From assembly GCA_032161105.1 (NCBI GenBank), contig JAVHTD010000013.1: 64,000 bases of DNA, one strand, 5' to 3'. Source of the stretch: Candidatus Thermosaccharophagus tengchongensis. Lineage in GTDB: Bacteria; Armatimonadota; Fervidibacteria; Fervidibacterales; Thermosaccharophagaceae. Shown in pieces: positions 19,553 to 28,925 of this stretch (the stretch's first letter is position 1; each line of letters opens with the position of its first letter). The notes under the pieces are model-generated. The model was not told the DNA's origin and did no database searches. It was given only the letters and a program-made list of their open reading frames with translations. The translations under genes were made by a program, and so were the position numbers.

Positions 19553-20638
19553 ATGCGCGAGGAACGGCTTAAGGAGCGCATACTGTCGTTCATCTTGAAT
19601 GGCGATGGCTCATTTGACGAACTCGCAATTGAGCTGTTTGCCCATCAGTTTGAGCGCAATGCGCCATACAAACGCTATTGCGAGCAACTCGGCATCACAC
19701 CGAGGAACATCACCAATTGGCGTCAAATACCATCAGTGCCAACACTCGCTTTCAAGTTCTTTGACTTGGCTTGCCAACCGATTGGGATGGCAAAGTTCAT
19801 CTTCACATCAAGCGGCACAACACATGGGCAATGGATGAGGAGCAAGCATTACATATTTGACGAGAGGTTCTACGAAGCCGCCGCATCTGTTTGGTTCAAA
19901 CGCCATCTCATGCCCGACAACTCACGCATGACATTCCTCATCCTTTTCCCATCGCACGGCGAGCTCAAAAGCTCGTCGCTTGCATTCATGCTTGACCTGC
20001 TAATGCGCCGCTTTGGCTCTGAGGGGAGCGCTCACTTCGTCGTCAACGGCAAGCTGCTCACTGATGAACTGATTGACAGGTTGGCAAAAGCCTCCGATGA
20101 TAATGAGCCAGTCTGCATCCTCGGCACTTCGCTTGCATTGTGCGAATTCGTTGATGAGTGTGAGAGGCGCAAGTTGAGCTTCAATTTGCCGGGCGGCAGC
20201 AGGCTGATGGACACCGGCGGGTTCAAGGGGAGGCGCAAAGAAGTCCCTAAGGACGAGTTGTATGAGCGCTACGAGAGCCTCTTTCGGATACCCAAATGCA
20301 ACATCATCAACGAATATGGCATGGCTGAGCTGTCGTCACAGTTTTATGATGGCGTCGTGGGCGCTGCAAGCGAACGCGCATTTAAGCCACCGCCATGGGT
20401 GAGGAGCGTCGTTGTTGACCCTGTAACGCTCAACGAAGTGGATGATGGTGCAGTGGGCATACTGCGCCATTACGACTTAGCCAATGTTGATTCCGTGATG
20501 GCGATACAAACCGATGACATCGCCCGAAGGCATGGCGATGGCTTCATACTGCTCGGGAGGGCGAGCGGCTCCGAAGCGAGAGGTTGTTCGCTGCTCGCTG
20601 AAGAGTGGGACATAGCAGTTGGCAATAGGGGCAGCTAA
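19553..20638 (+). CDS. LuxE-like acyl-protein synthetase / ANL family protein
   Basis: FTSSGTT, DTGGFKGR, EYGMAELSSQFY, DLAN and LLGR...RGCS motifs. Confidence 0.82.
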   Translation: MREERLKERILSFILNGDGSFDELAIELFAHQFERNAPYKRYCEQLGITPRNITNWRQIPSVPTLAFKFFDLACQPIGMAKFIFTSSGTTHGQWMRSKHYIFDERFYEAAASVWFKRHLMPDNSRMTFLILFPSHGELKSSSLAFMLDLLMRRFGSEGSAHFVVNGKLLTDELIDRLAKASDDNEPVCILGTSLALCEFVDECERRKLSFNLPGGSRLMDTGGFKGRRKEVPKDELYERYESLFRIPKCNIINEYGMAELSSQFYDGVVGAASERAFKPPPWVRSVVVDPVTLNEVDDGAVGILRHYDLANVDSVMAIQTDDIARRHGDGFILLGRASGSEARGCSLLAEEWDIAVGNRGS

Positions 20639-20738
20639 GCTGCTCGCAGTTGCTTGCAGCTTTGTTGGCAGAGAAAACCCAATCAATCGCGCACGGGAGC
20701 ATTTGAAGATGGCAATCAAATGGGTGCTTAAGGGATGA

Positions 20739-21500
20739 ATGACCATGAGGACGGCTCACCAAAAATCTGCGAAAGCCAGAAGGGCGGAGAGGTGGCGTTG
20801 CCCAAAGTGCAATAGGGTGGTGAGCCCTCGCCCGATTGAATCGCCGCGCTGCCCGCACTGCGGCGAGAACTTGCGCAAGTGCCGATATTGCAGGTGGGCA
20901 GACACGAGGATGTGGGAATGCACCAATTTCACGATGGTCTCAATGCACGGTGACGAGACCGGCAGACTGCGCATACCTGAGCCGGAGTTCTCGCGGCAGT
21001 GTCCGTTCTACGATTCAAGATTGAAGGTCGGCTTCCCATTGAAGCCAATGCACATAGTGAGCATAGGAATTGCGCTCGTCCTTCTCCTCGCCATCGTCTA
21101 TGGAGCATACTTTCGCCCTCGGCTTGAAGAGGTGCGCGTTGGTGACATCTGGGCAAACTTACAAGCACCACCGGTTGCCCGTTTCCTAACGCCATTTTAC
21201 ATAAGGGTGGATCTGCGAAATTTGCATCACTCACTTGACTCAGGTGATATCGTGTTCCGAGTGGAAGGAGAGCTCGTGCAAAATTGCGACCTCATATCCG
21301 CATACCCGCCGCCGCTGCGCATGACAAAATCAAGGGCTGCAGCACATTGCTTTTATCCCCCGATCAAACCCGGCTCTTGGCTCATTGCTGAGCTCGGATT
21401 TAAGCCGCTCCATACGGGTGAATTCACTGGCAAGCTCGTCATCTTCCAAGGCGGAAGGAGAACATATAACCTGAGCCTCAAAGTGGCGGTGATACCGTAG
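20739..21500 (+). CDS. Hypothetical Cys-rich (Zn-finger) membrane-anchored protein
   Basis: CPKC, CPHC, CRYC, C..CPFY, one transmembrane helix and a beta-rich C-terminal domain. Confidence 0.6.
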   Translation: MTMRTAHQKSAKARRAERWRCPKCNRVVSPRPIESPRCPHCGENLRKCRYCRWADTRMWECTNFTMVSMHGDETGRLRIPEPEFSRQCPFYDSRLKVGFPLKPMHIVSIGIALVLLLAIVYGAYFRPRLEEVRVGDIWANLQAPPVARFLTPFYIRVDLRNLHHSLDSGDIVFRVEGELVQNCDLISAYPPPLRMTKSRAAAHCFYPPIKPGSWLIAELGFKPLHTGEFTGKLVIFQGGRRTYNLSLKVAVIP

Positions 21501-21611
21501 GAAGCAAAGCGGGCGTGATTAAATTGGGTGTGTTGTGGGAAACGAAGACAAGCCCTCATTCTCAATGCGGGTAAGCTTTGAAAGCGCCTTTGGAAGAAGG
21601 GGGTGGTCGCA

Positions 21612-22499
21612 ATGAAGCTGCGCGGGATAATACCTCCCGTAGTCACTCTGATTGATGAGGGTGAGCGAGTTGACGAGAGCGCTTTCGCAGCACACCTTTG
21701 CGCATTGATTGAGAGTGGTGTTCACGGATTGTTCGTCCTCGGTAGCGCAGGCGAGTGCGTCTCCCTCAGAGATAGCGAGAAGAGGCGCGCCATAAAGGTA
21801 ACAGTTGAACTCGCCAAGGGGAAGCTTCCCATACTCGTCGGGACGATGGACACGAGCACCATGCGCACGATTGATAATGCAAGGGTTGCCGAGGACATGG
21901 GAGCAGATGCAGTCGTTGTCACACCGCCATTTTACTACAACCACACGAGGGATGAGGTAATTCGCCATTACGAGATGGTGGCAAAAAGCACCGGTTTGCC
22001 ATTGGTCATCTACAACATCCCGCAGCTAACCAAGTTTCACCTGAGCGCCAGAGATGTCTCGGTGTTGATCGGCACGGGCAACATCATCGGGATAAAGGAC
22101 AGCAGTGGCAGCTGGAGCAACTTGCTTGAGCTGTTGGAAACATTCGGCGGGAGGGACGACTTCAGCATACTCATCGGTGACGAAGACTTAACATGCGCCG
22201 GACTCCTCATGGGCGCTGATGGCGCGATAATGGCGATCGCAAATTTAGCACCGAGGCTTGCGGTGCGCATATACGAAGCTGCCTCAAACGGTCATTTGGA
22301 TGAGCTGAGGGCACTGCAGCGTGAACTCCTCAAGCTGCTTCGCATTTACAAATACGGCTCACCGCTGGCATGCCTTAAAGCGGCATTGTCAATTGCGGGT
22401 GTGGGCAACGGAAAGGCATGCGAACCAATTGGTGGAGTCTCGGAGGATGCCCGTGAGCGCATCAAGCAAATCCTCATTGAGTGCGGTTTGCTCACATGA
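21612..22499 (+). CDS. Dihydrodipicolinate synthase/KDG aldolase family protein
   Basis: GIIPPVVT, GSAGE, IYNIP and GIKDSSG (Schiff-base Lys). Confidence 0.88.
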   Translation: MKLRGIIPPVVTLIDEGERVDESAFAAHLCALIESGVHGLFVLGSAGECVSLRDSEKRRAIKVTVELAKGKLPILVGTMDTSTMRTIDNARVAEDMGADAVVVTPPFYYNHTRDEVIRHYEMVAKSTGLPLVIYNIPQLTKFHLSARDVSVLIGTGNIIGIKDSSGSWSNLLELLETFGGRDDFSILIGDEDLTCAGLLMGADGAIMAIANLAPRLAVRIYEAASNGHLDELRALQRELLKLLRIYKYGSPLACLKAALSIAGVGNGKACEPIGGVSEDARERIKQILIECGLLT

Positions 22500-22534
22500 G
22501 CGCATTGCATGCGATTAACCGATGCGGTAGCGTT

Positions 22535-23698
22535 TTACCTTTGCACCGATTGACCGGCTGGGCGCACGGTCAAATCGGCTGGGAAAAATTTGAAAGCCAC
22601 AAGTGGCTCATTGCCATCGTTCTCAAAGATGTGCGGCTTTGTCGCTGCCATGTGTGAGACGAAAAACTCGTTTCCGGGGCGCACGGCTTTACCGTTCAAC
22701 CTGCCCCTCCCACGCCACACAAACAGGGCATATGGCGATGATTCAACGCTCTCAAAATTCGTGTGGACAATGAGCCGCTTGGCTCCAAACTTCCTTGTAA
22801 GAGTTGGCGGAACTATCCAAGCCTCTTCGCCGCCCCTCCTTTCACCCTCAACCGGTGTGGGCACAAGGCGATACCTTTCAATGATGTCGTCCTGCTGTGA
22901 TGTCTCCATGTCAATGAATTGCAAAGCCATCTCAATGTCCGTGAACCCGGGGTGGACTTGCCTTGGGCTCATCCTCCTCCCGTTGATTTTCGTTTCAAGC
23001 AGCGTATACACATCCGATGGCTGTTGGACTTCAAGTGTGAGTGCCGTCCCGGGACGATGCGGCACGCCAGCCGGAACAAAGAAGCCCTCACCGTAGCGCT
23101 GATAAAAGTGCGGCGAGAGCTCAAGAAGGTAATCACGACCTTTTTCAATTGCCCTCTTCAGCTCGTCAAGGCTTACACCCTTGTGCAGCCCGACATGCGT
23201 ATATGGCACATTACCTTTCGGTGCCTCAAGGAAGTAATAAGCCTCGTCCTTGCCGAAGCGATGCCCGAGAAAGTGCTGTGGGAAATTTGAGACGGCTTTA
23301 TCGTCTGCGTGGAAGTGAAAGACGATTGGCTCATAAGGGTCAAGTATCTTCACGAGGACAAGGAAGTCACCGCCATGCGCCTTGTTGCGCTCCTCACCAA
23401 GGAGCAAGTCACCGCGCATCCTCAATGCATCGCGCAATGTCAATTTGGCTTTGCGTGTGGCGATGCGGCTCAATCCCTCACCGCTTATTGGGTGTGGATT
23501 GACCGCTTCAACAGTTGAGGCTATCCAGCGCTCCGGTATCCACAGCTTTGAATCCGATTGGAATGTGTCGCCGGGCTTCTTGCCCAAGCCGAGCCTGCCA
23601 CCATCCATGTAGAAGCGCCGCACAAAAGTTGGCTGCAACGGCAATATCCCACCTGTGCGCTCAATGAGCTCATCTAACACTTGCTCAACATCCACCAT
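22535..23698 (-). CDS. Cupin-fold protein, phosphomannose-isomerase type I-like
   Basis: PERWIAS, LVKILD, FHFH, KDEAY, GVPH and LEVQQPSD resemble PMI type I metal motifs. Confidence 0.65.
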   Translation of the reverse strand: MVDVEQVLDELIERTGGILPLQPTFVRRFYMDGGRLGLGKKPGDTFQSDSKLWIPERWIASTVEAVNPHPISGEGLSRIATRKAKLTLRDALRMRGDLLLGEERNKAHGGDFLVLVKILDPYEPIVFHFHADDKAVSNFPQHFLGHRFGKDEAYYFLEAPKGNVPYTHVGLHKGVSLDELKRAIEKGRDYLLELSPHFYQRYGEGFFVPAGVPHRPGTALTLEVQQPSDVYTLLETKINGRRMSPRQVHPGFTDIEMALQFIDMETSQQDDIIERYRLVPTPVEGERRGGEEAWIVPPTLTRKFGAKRLIVHTNFESVESSPYALFVWRGRGRLNGKAVRPGNEFFVSHMAATKPHIFENDGNEPLVAFKFFPADLTVRPAGQSVQR

Positions 23699-23806
23699 GC
23701 AAACCGCACCACCTTACCCCTTTGGTTGATGAACTGATGCACCACTTGGCGGACCGCTCTTGCAGCACAGCGGTGATATGCCATTTAACTTGGGCTTCTT
23801 AACTCG

Positions 23807-24511
23807 TTAACTTTGCGCCTCAGGCTCATCGCGTTCTAAAGCGACATCGGCGGGCAATTTCCCCTCGCCACCAATTGCGAGCGCCTCAGTTAGCTCGCCC
23901 ATGCCCGGTTTGAATGCCCCACCTGAGACAATCAACTTGATGGCGTCCTCAAATGAGATGTCAATGTATATGACGCTCTCCTCCGGAACGACAAGCGTAA
24001 ACCCAGTTAATGGCGTAGGCGTGCTCGGAATAAAGACCGTCACCATGCGCTTCCCAACGGCATTTTCAATGGCGCCACCAGCATAACCTGTCAGGAAGCC
24101 AACGAGATGACACCCAGCCCTCGGCAGTGAAATAAGCACTGGCTTCCCAAGGAACCTCACCGTTGGCTGCGTGAAGAATTGAACAATTTGGCGAGCCGGC
24201 GGGTAGATGATGCGAATTATGGGCAATTGCGCCAGAAGCGAGTCCCACCACTTTATAATCCTTCGCCCAACCACAGTTGAACCGATGAACCCGATGAGCA
24301 CGATTATTCCGATGACCAAGATGAGCGAGAGGAACAATCCGATCCCCGGTATTGTGATGTGCAATGTCCTGCTAACCCACTTATCAGCAACTGGCGCAAG
24401 CGGCTTGTAGATGAGTTGCGTGATGTATGCCAATACGCCCACCGTCACGGCAATGGGCAAGGTGACTGCAACACCGGTCAAGAAGTAACGCCTCAAAAGT
24501 CTCAGGCTCAT
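23807..24511 (-). CDS. DUF502 membrane protein
   Basis: RRYFLTG, LPIIRIIY, VFIPSTPTPLTG and IVSGG motifs. Confidence 0.88.
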   Translation of the reverse strand: MSLRLLRRYFLTGVAVTLPIAVTVGVLAYITQLIYKPLAPVADKWVSRTLHITIPGIGLFLSLILVIGIIVLIGFIGSTVVGRRIIKWWDSLLAQLPIIRIIYPPARQIVQFFTQPTVRFLGKPVLISLPRAGCHLVGFLTGYAGGAIENAVGKRMVTVFIPSTPTPLTGFTLVVPEESVIYIDISFEDAIKLIVSGGAFKPGMGELTEALAIGGEGKLPADVALERDEPEAQS

Positions 24512-25803
24512 TCATCTCCCTCCTTGGGCGTCACCACATCGGTATTGTGCTCCATCACGATGCGCACCTTTGTCACGCGGCGCCTCCTCACCTCCTCAAC
24601 GAACATGGTTGCGCCATCAATTTGGATGCCTTCACCAACCTGAGGTATGTGTCCGAGGGCATACAGCACGAATCCACCGAGTGTATCATAGTCGCCATCC
24701 GGTAACGATATCCCGAGTTTGCTATGCACCTCGCTTTTGCTCAAGCCGGCATCCACGATATAGCTGCCATCCGGCAAACGCTGTATTTGCGGCGCTTCAA
24801 TATCATGCTCATCAACCAGCTCACCAACGACTTGCTCCACAATGTCCTCAAGGGTGATTAAGCCAGCCGTGCTTCCATACTCGTCAATGACGATGGCAAT
24901 GTGAACCCTTGAGGTGCGCATCTCATTCAGCAACTCCCTGAGGTTTTTCGCCTCAGGCACATAGAGCGGTGTGCGCATTATCAATCTCGGCTCAATTTCA
25001 AACTCGCCTCTGCTCCAGCGGCTGAGGATGTCATAGGCATACACGACACCGATTATGTTATCAATGTCGCCCTCATACAGCGGTATGCGTGAGTGCCCCG
25101 TCTCCACAATGACTTTCACGACATCGCTGATCCTGCAATTTGATGGCAGGCAGACTATGTCTGGACGGGGCACCATGACTTCCCTTACAAGCATCCTATC
25201 AAGGCGCACTATGCCAGAGGCGATGTCAAACTCGCGCTTCTGTATGACATCCTCATCAATGCCTATCTCAAGCAACGCCATTATCTCTTCATCTGTGAGC
25301 TTGAGCTGTTCACGCGCCTCTTTGTATCCTATGAGGCGAAGGAAAGCCCGTGCAGCTGTTAAGAATAAATCCGCAATTGGCGTCACCAACTCACCGAAGA
25401 GTTTGAGCAGCTTATTCCACCTTGCAAGAACCCTCTCAGGATACTGCATGCTGTATGCCTTCGGGGTTATCTCGCAAACGCTCAATATGAAGGTGAGCAT
25501 GAGCAATGTCCCGATGACATGGATATGCGTTTCCTTTGGGGCGATGGTGACAAGCATGTGCGTTGTCAATGCCGATGTGAACAGTATCGCCATGTTACAC
25601 CCGACCACAAATGACGGGATGTAACGCCTTAACCTCTCCCAATCAAGCAACCATTGTGCTTCATCGGCGCTGCGGCTGAACATTGCCTGAAGCCTTGCCC
25701 TGCTTGAGGCAACTAAAGCAGCCTCAAATAGCGAGAGCAAAAATATGGTAATCAACCCGCCACCTATTAGGCAAGCCTCAATCCACAGCAGCGCTCCTTT
25801 CAT
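24508..25803 (-). CDS. Hemolysin-family CNNM-CBS-CorC protein (paralog 2)
   Basis: CEITPK, VREVMVPR, GHSRIPLY, IVIDEYG and TLEDIVEQVVGEL motifs. Confidence 0.9.
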   Translation of the reverse strand: MKGALLWIEACLIGGGLITIFLLSLFEAALVASSRARLQAMFSRSADEAQWLLDWERLRRYIPSFVVGCNMAILFTSALTTHMLVTIAPKETHIHVIGTLLMLTFILSVCEITPKAYSMQYPERVLARWNKLLKLFGELVTPIADLFLTAARAFLRLIGYKEAREQLKLTDEEIMALLEIGIDEDVIQKREFDIASGIVRLDRMLVREVMVPRPDIVCLPSNCRISDVVKVIVETGHSRIPLYEGDIDNIIGVVYAYDILSRWSRGEFEIEPRLIMRTPLYVPEAKNLRELLNEMRTSRVHIAIVIDEYGSTAGLITLEDIVEQVVGELVDEHDIEAPQIQRLPDGSYIVDAGLSKSEVHSKLGISLPDGDYDTLGGFVLYALGHIPQVGEGIQIDGATMFVEEVRRRRVTKVRIVMEHNTDVVTPKEGDE

Positions 25804-25851
25804 CGTTACCGCTCCATAGCCAAAACGGAATCAACGCCGTTTAGCCGTGGC

Positions 25852-27177
25852 TTAAAGCGAGTGCTCAGGCTTCGGCATTGTGCTCCCGTTGCCGCTGCGC
25901 ACTCCCTTTAACTTCAACCGCTTGATTCGCCTCCCATCCATTTCGGCGACCTCAATCTGGACATCGCCGACTGTTAATCTATCTCCAACCTGAGGTAGAC
26001 GCTCAAGCACCTCATAAACAAGCTCAGCAAGCGTGTCGTATTCCTCCTCGGGCAGCTCAATGTCAATCAACCTCTCAACCTGTCTCAAGCTCAAGCGAGC
26101 ATCAACTATGTAGCTACCATCTGGCAAACTCTTGATCAGGCTTTGTGCGGCATCCCACTCATCATGTATCTCGCCAAATATCTCTTCAATGAGATCCTCA
26201 ACCGTGACCAATCCAGCAACGCTTCCCTCTTCGTCAAGGACAATAGCCATAGCTCGGTGCATCCTCTGCATCGTTTCAAGCACAGTGTAAGCCCGCTGCG
26301 ATTCCGCAACAAATAGCGGCTCCCTGCATATCTCCCCGACTTTGAGGTTGCTCTTGCCGAAGTGCCAAGCTGCCAATACATCCTTCGCATACAGTATCCC
26401 GACAATGTTATCAAGCTCGCCATGATACACGGGTAGCCTTCCATGACCAGACTCAACCATCTTTTGAACGGCTTCTTCAATGGTCATCTCGTCTGGTATG
26501 CAGACCATGTCTCGTCTCCTGACCATGACTTCGCCAACCGTTATATCGGTGAACTCAATTGCGCTGTGGAGCATCTGGCGCTCATCATAGGTTATCGTCC
26601 CTTGCTCCTCAGCCATTTTGATCAGGGCGAGGAGCTCCGACTCGGTGATAAGCGGGTAACGAATCTCATGCCCAGCCCTGACCATGCGCAGGAGCGCACC
26701 AGAGATTGTGCTCGTCAACCATATGAGTGGGGAGAGGATAAAGCCCACAAGTTTAATCGGCAATGCCGAAATGAGGGCGACTCGCAGCGAGTTTGATATG
26801 CCGTATGTTACTGGGGCGAGTTCGGCAAAGATGAGTGCGAGGAATGCGAATGCCAACGGGATGAGCGGCTTGAGCCACCTGATGGAGTCAGTGTTAAGCA
26901 AATCGGTAGTGGCGTGTGTTGCCAGTGCCTCAGCAATATACAAATGCGCCGTTATCGCAATGAGTATAGTCGCAACAAGCTTTGACGGGTTTGAGAGCAT
27001 GCGCTGAATGATGAGGGCACGCCTATTCCCTTCCTTCGCCAACCTTTGTATTTGTATCCTCCCGACACCAAGGAGCCCAACCTCAGCTGCTGCAAAGAAT
27101 GCACCGATGCCGAGGAAGATCAACCCGATGAGAAGCTTCAAAGCCGCCCATAAAGGCGCGCCTTCATCCAACTGCAA
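25852..27177 (-). CDS. Hemolysin-family CNNM-CBS-CorC protein (paralog 1)
   Basis: FFAAAEVG, FAELAP, VGEVM, GHGRLPVY and TVEDLIEEIFGEI motifs. Confidence 0.9.
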   Translation of the reverse strand: MQLDEGAPLWAALKLLIGLIFLGIGAFFAAAEVGLLGVGRIQIQRLAKEGNRRALIIQRMLSNPSKLVATILIAITAHLYIAEALATHATTDLLNTDSIRWLKPLIPLAFAFLALIFAELAPVTYGISNSLRVALISALPIKLVGFILSPLIWLTSTISGALLRMVRAGHEIRYPLITESELLALIKMAEEQGTITYDERQMLHSAIEFTDITVGEVMVRRRDMVCIPDEMTIEEAVQKMVESGHGRLPVYHGELDNIVGILYAKDVLAAWHFGKSNLKVGEICREPLFVAESQRAYTVLETMQRMHRAMAIVLDEEGSVAGLVTVEDLIEEIFGEIHDEWDAAQSLIKSLPDGSYIVDARLSLRQVERLIDIELPEEEYDTLAELVYEVLERLPQVGDRLTVGDVQIEVAEMDGRRIKRLKLKGVRSGNGSTMPKPEHSL

Positions 27178-27237
27178 ATTGCCCCCTCACCGAAGGTATG
27201 GTTCAACACGCCATTCGCCAAAGCGTCGGCATTAAGT

Positions 27238-27246
27238 ATTATAGCA
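27238..27246 (-). promoter_or_regulatory. Putative extended -10 promoter for the CNNM operon
   Basis: Minus strand reads TGCTATAAT about 60 nt upstream of the start. Confidence 0.5.
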
Positions 27247-27440
27247 TCGCCAAACTGGATGTGGGAGCGAACTGGTATGAGCCGCGCTTCATAACGACTT
27301 ATGATGGCATCTCGTGCTCAAAAGCCGCACAACCATAATGGACAGCATCATGTCGGCAAACGCTCGTTATGATTTATTTCGGCATAGGATGGTTTGGGTT
27401 GACGATTTGAATGATGGGCGGTGCAAGGAGGGCGATAGCA

Positions 27441-27803
27441 ATGCCGCTTTACGAATATCGGTGTGAAGGCTGCGGGAAGCGCTTTACCTTCCTTTACGGC
27501 GTTATATCCGATAACATCAATCCGAGATGCCCGAGGTGCGGCAGCAGCCAGCTCAAGAAGCTCATCTCAAGAACGAGGAGATTGAGGGGCGAGGACGAAA
27601 TACTTGAGAGCATGGCTGACTCAATCAGCGATATAGACGAGACGGACACTAAAGCCATACGGAAGTTTATCAGGCGCATGGGTAAAGAACTCGGCTCGGA
27701 GCTCGGTGAGGACATCACTGATGAGCTTGAGGCTGCCCTTGAGGAGGAGGAAAAGAGGGGCGGCGCAAGGGAAGGGGAGGAAATTGATGAGCACATTTAT
27801 TGA
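27441..27803 (+). CDS. FmdB-family zinc ribbon protein
   Basis: MPLYEYRCEGCG...CPRCGS..LKKLIS with an acidic tail; SD AGGAGG. Confidence 0.88.
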   Translation: MPLYEYRCEGCGKRFTFLYGVISDNINPRCPRCGSSQLKKLISRTRRLRGEDEILESMADSISDIDETDTKAIRKFIRRMGKELGSELGEDITDELEAALEEEEKRGGAREGEEIDEHIY

Positions 27804-27869
27804 TTGCCGTCCGCAGCTTAAGGATGCCATACGCACATGCAAGTTGAGGCGCAATGAGGGTGAGAGCAA

Positions 27870-28250
27870 ATGGATTGCATCACCTTGAAAGGGCTGCAGT
27901 TTTACGGTCATCACGGATGCACAGCGCATGAGAGGAAACTCGGACAGCGTATAGAAGTGGATGTGACATTGAGGCTTGACTTGAGCAAGGCTGGAGAGAG
28001 CGACAATTTGAAGCACACGGTCAATTACATCTCGGTGTATGAGATTGCGCGCGACATCGTTACGAACGAGAGCTGCAGGCTGCTTGAGTCAATTGCAGCA
28101 AGGATAGCAAATAGCATCCTTTCAAGGTTTGGGAGCGTTCATGAAGTTGAAGTTAGCGTCAGGAAGTATAACCCGCCGATTGGTGGTATTTCCGAGTTCG
28201 TTGAAGTGAGCATATCTCGGACGAGGGAGCACGGATGCGGACTCAAATGA
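27870..28250 (+). CDS. folB: Dihydroneopterin aldolase
   Basis: FYGHHG, ERKLGQ, TVNY, LLE and VRKYNPPI motifs. Confidence 0.95.
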   Translation: MDCITLKGLQFYGHHGCTAHERKLGQRIEVDVTLRLDLSKAGESDNLKHTVNYISVYEIARDIVTNESCRLLESIAARIANSILSRFGSVHEVEVSVRKYNPPIGGISEFVEVSISRTREHGCGLK

Positions 28251-28831
28251 ATGAGCCTGTCCAAAATGAGCAGGAGATGCACAGCGGTGAATGGGTGAGC
28301 GCTTTCATCTCCCTTGGAAGCAACATAGAACCGAGGCTGCGTCACTTGCAAGCTGCCGTTCAAATGCTCGTTCAAGTTGACGGTGTGCGCCTCGTCGCGG
28401 TCTCTTCCGTATACGAGACTGAGCCAGTTGAAGTGGCTGCGCCTCAGATGCCATACCTCAACGCGGTCATCAAAGTTGCAACGCGCCTTTCGCCAATGGA
28501 ATTGCTCTCCGCAATGCAATCCATTGAGCTGAAGCTCGGCAGGACGCCGAGCTCAAAGGGAACGAAGCTGCCAAGGACTATAGACTTGGACATGCTCACC
28601 TACGGCGATTTGAAGCTCACAACGATGGAACTCACGCTGCCGCACCCGAGGATGAGCGAAAGGGCGTTTGTGCTCATCCCGCTGTGCGAAATTTCACCGC
28701 TGCTTAAGCTGCCCGATGGGGCCAATGTATGTGAGCGCGCAAAGGAGCTGTCACGCTCTCAAAGGGTCGTCCGATACCTGAAGCCAGAGCAATGGCTCAA
28801 GTTAGATGGGCGAGGTAAACAAGGTAAATGA
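28235..28831 (+). CDS. folK: 2-amino-4-hydroxy-6-hydroxymethyldihydropteridine pyrophosphokinase
   Basis: LGSNI, SSVYETEP, YLNAV, PRTIDLDML and PHPRMSERAFVL motifs. Confidence 0.95.
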   Translation: MRTQMNEPVQNEQEMHSGEWVSAFISLGSNIEPRLRHLQAAVQMLVQVDGVRLVAVSSVYETEPVEVAAPQMPYLNAVIKVATRLSPMELLSAMQSIELKLGRTPSSKGTKLPRTIDLDMLTYGDLKLTTMELTLPHPRMSERAFVLIPLCEISPLLKLPDGANVCERAKELSRSQRVVRYLKPEQWLKLDGRGKQGK

Positions 28832-28925
28832 ACGAGCGCGTCCGCACGAATTGCATCATAGAGGGAAACGAAGATAGTGGCGCACGGGCAAATGAATAAC
28901 TCCTGAATTAGCGGGTGAGGCTTAA

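Noticed and set aside
19553..20638. Bioluminescence (lux) operon
   Set aside because: No luxA/B/C/D genes are present, and LuxE-like proteins are widespread outside luminous bacteria.
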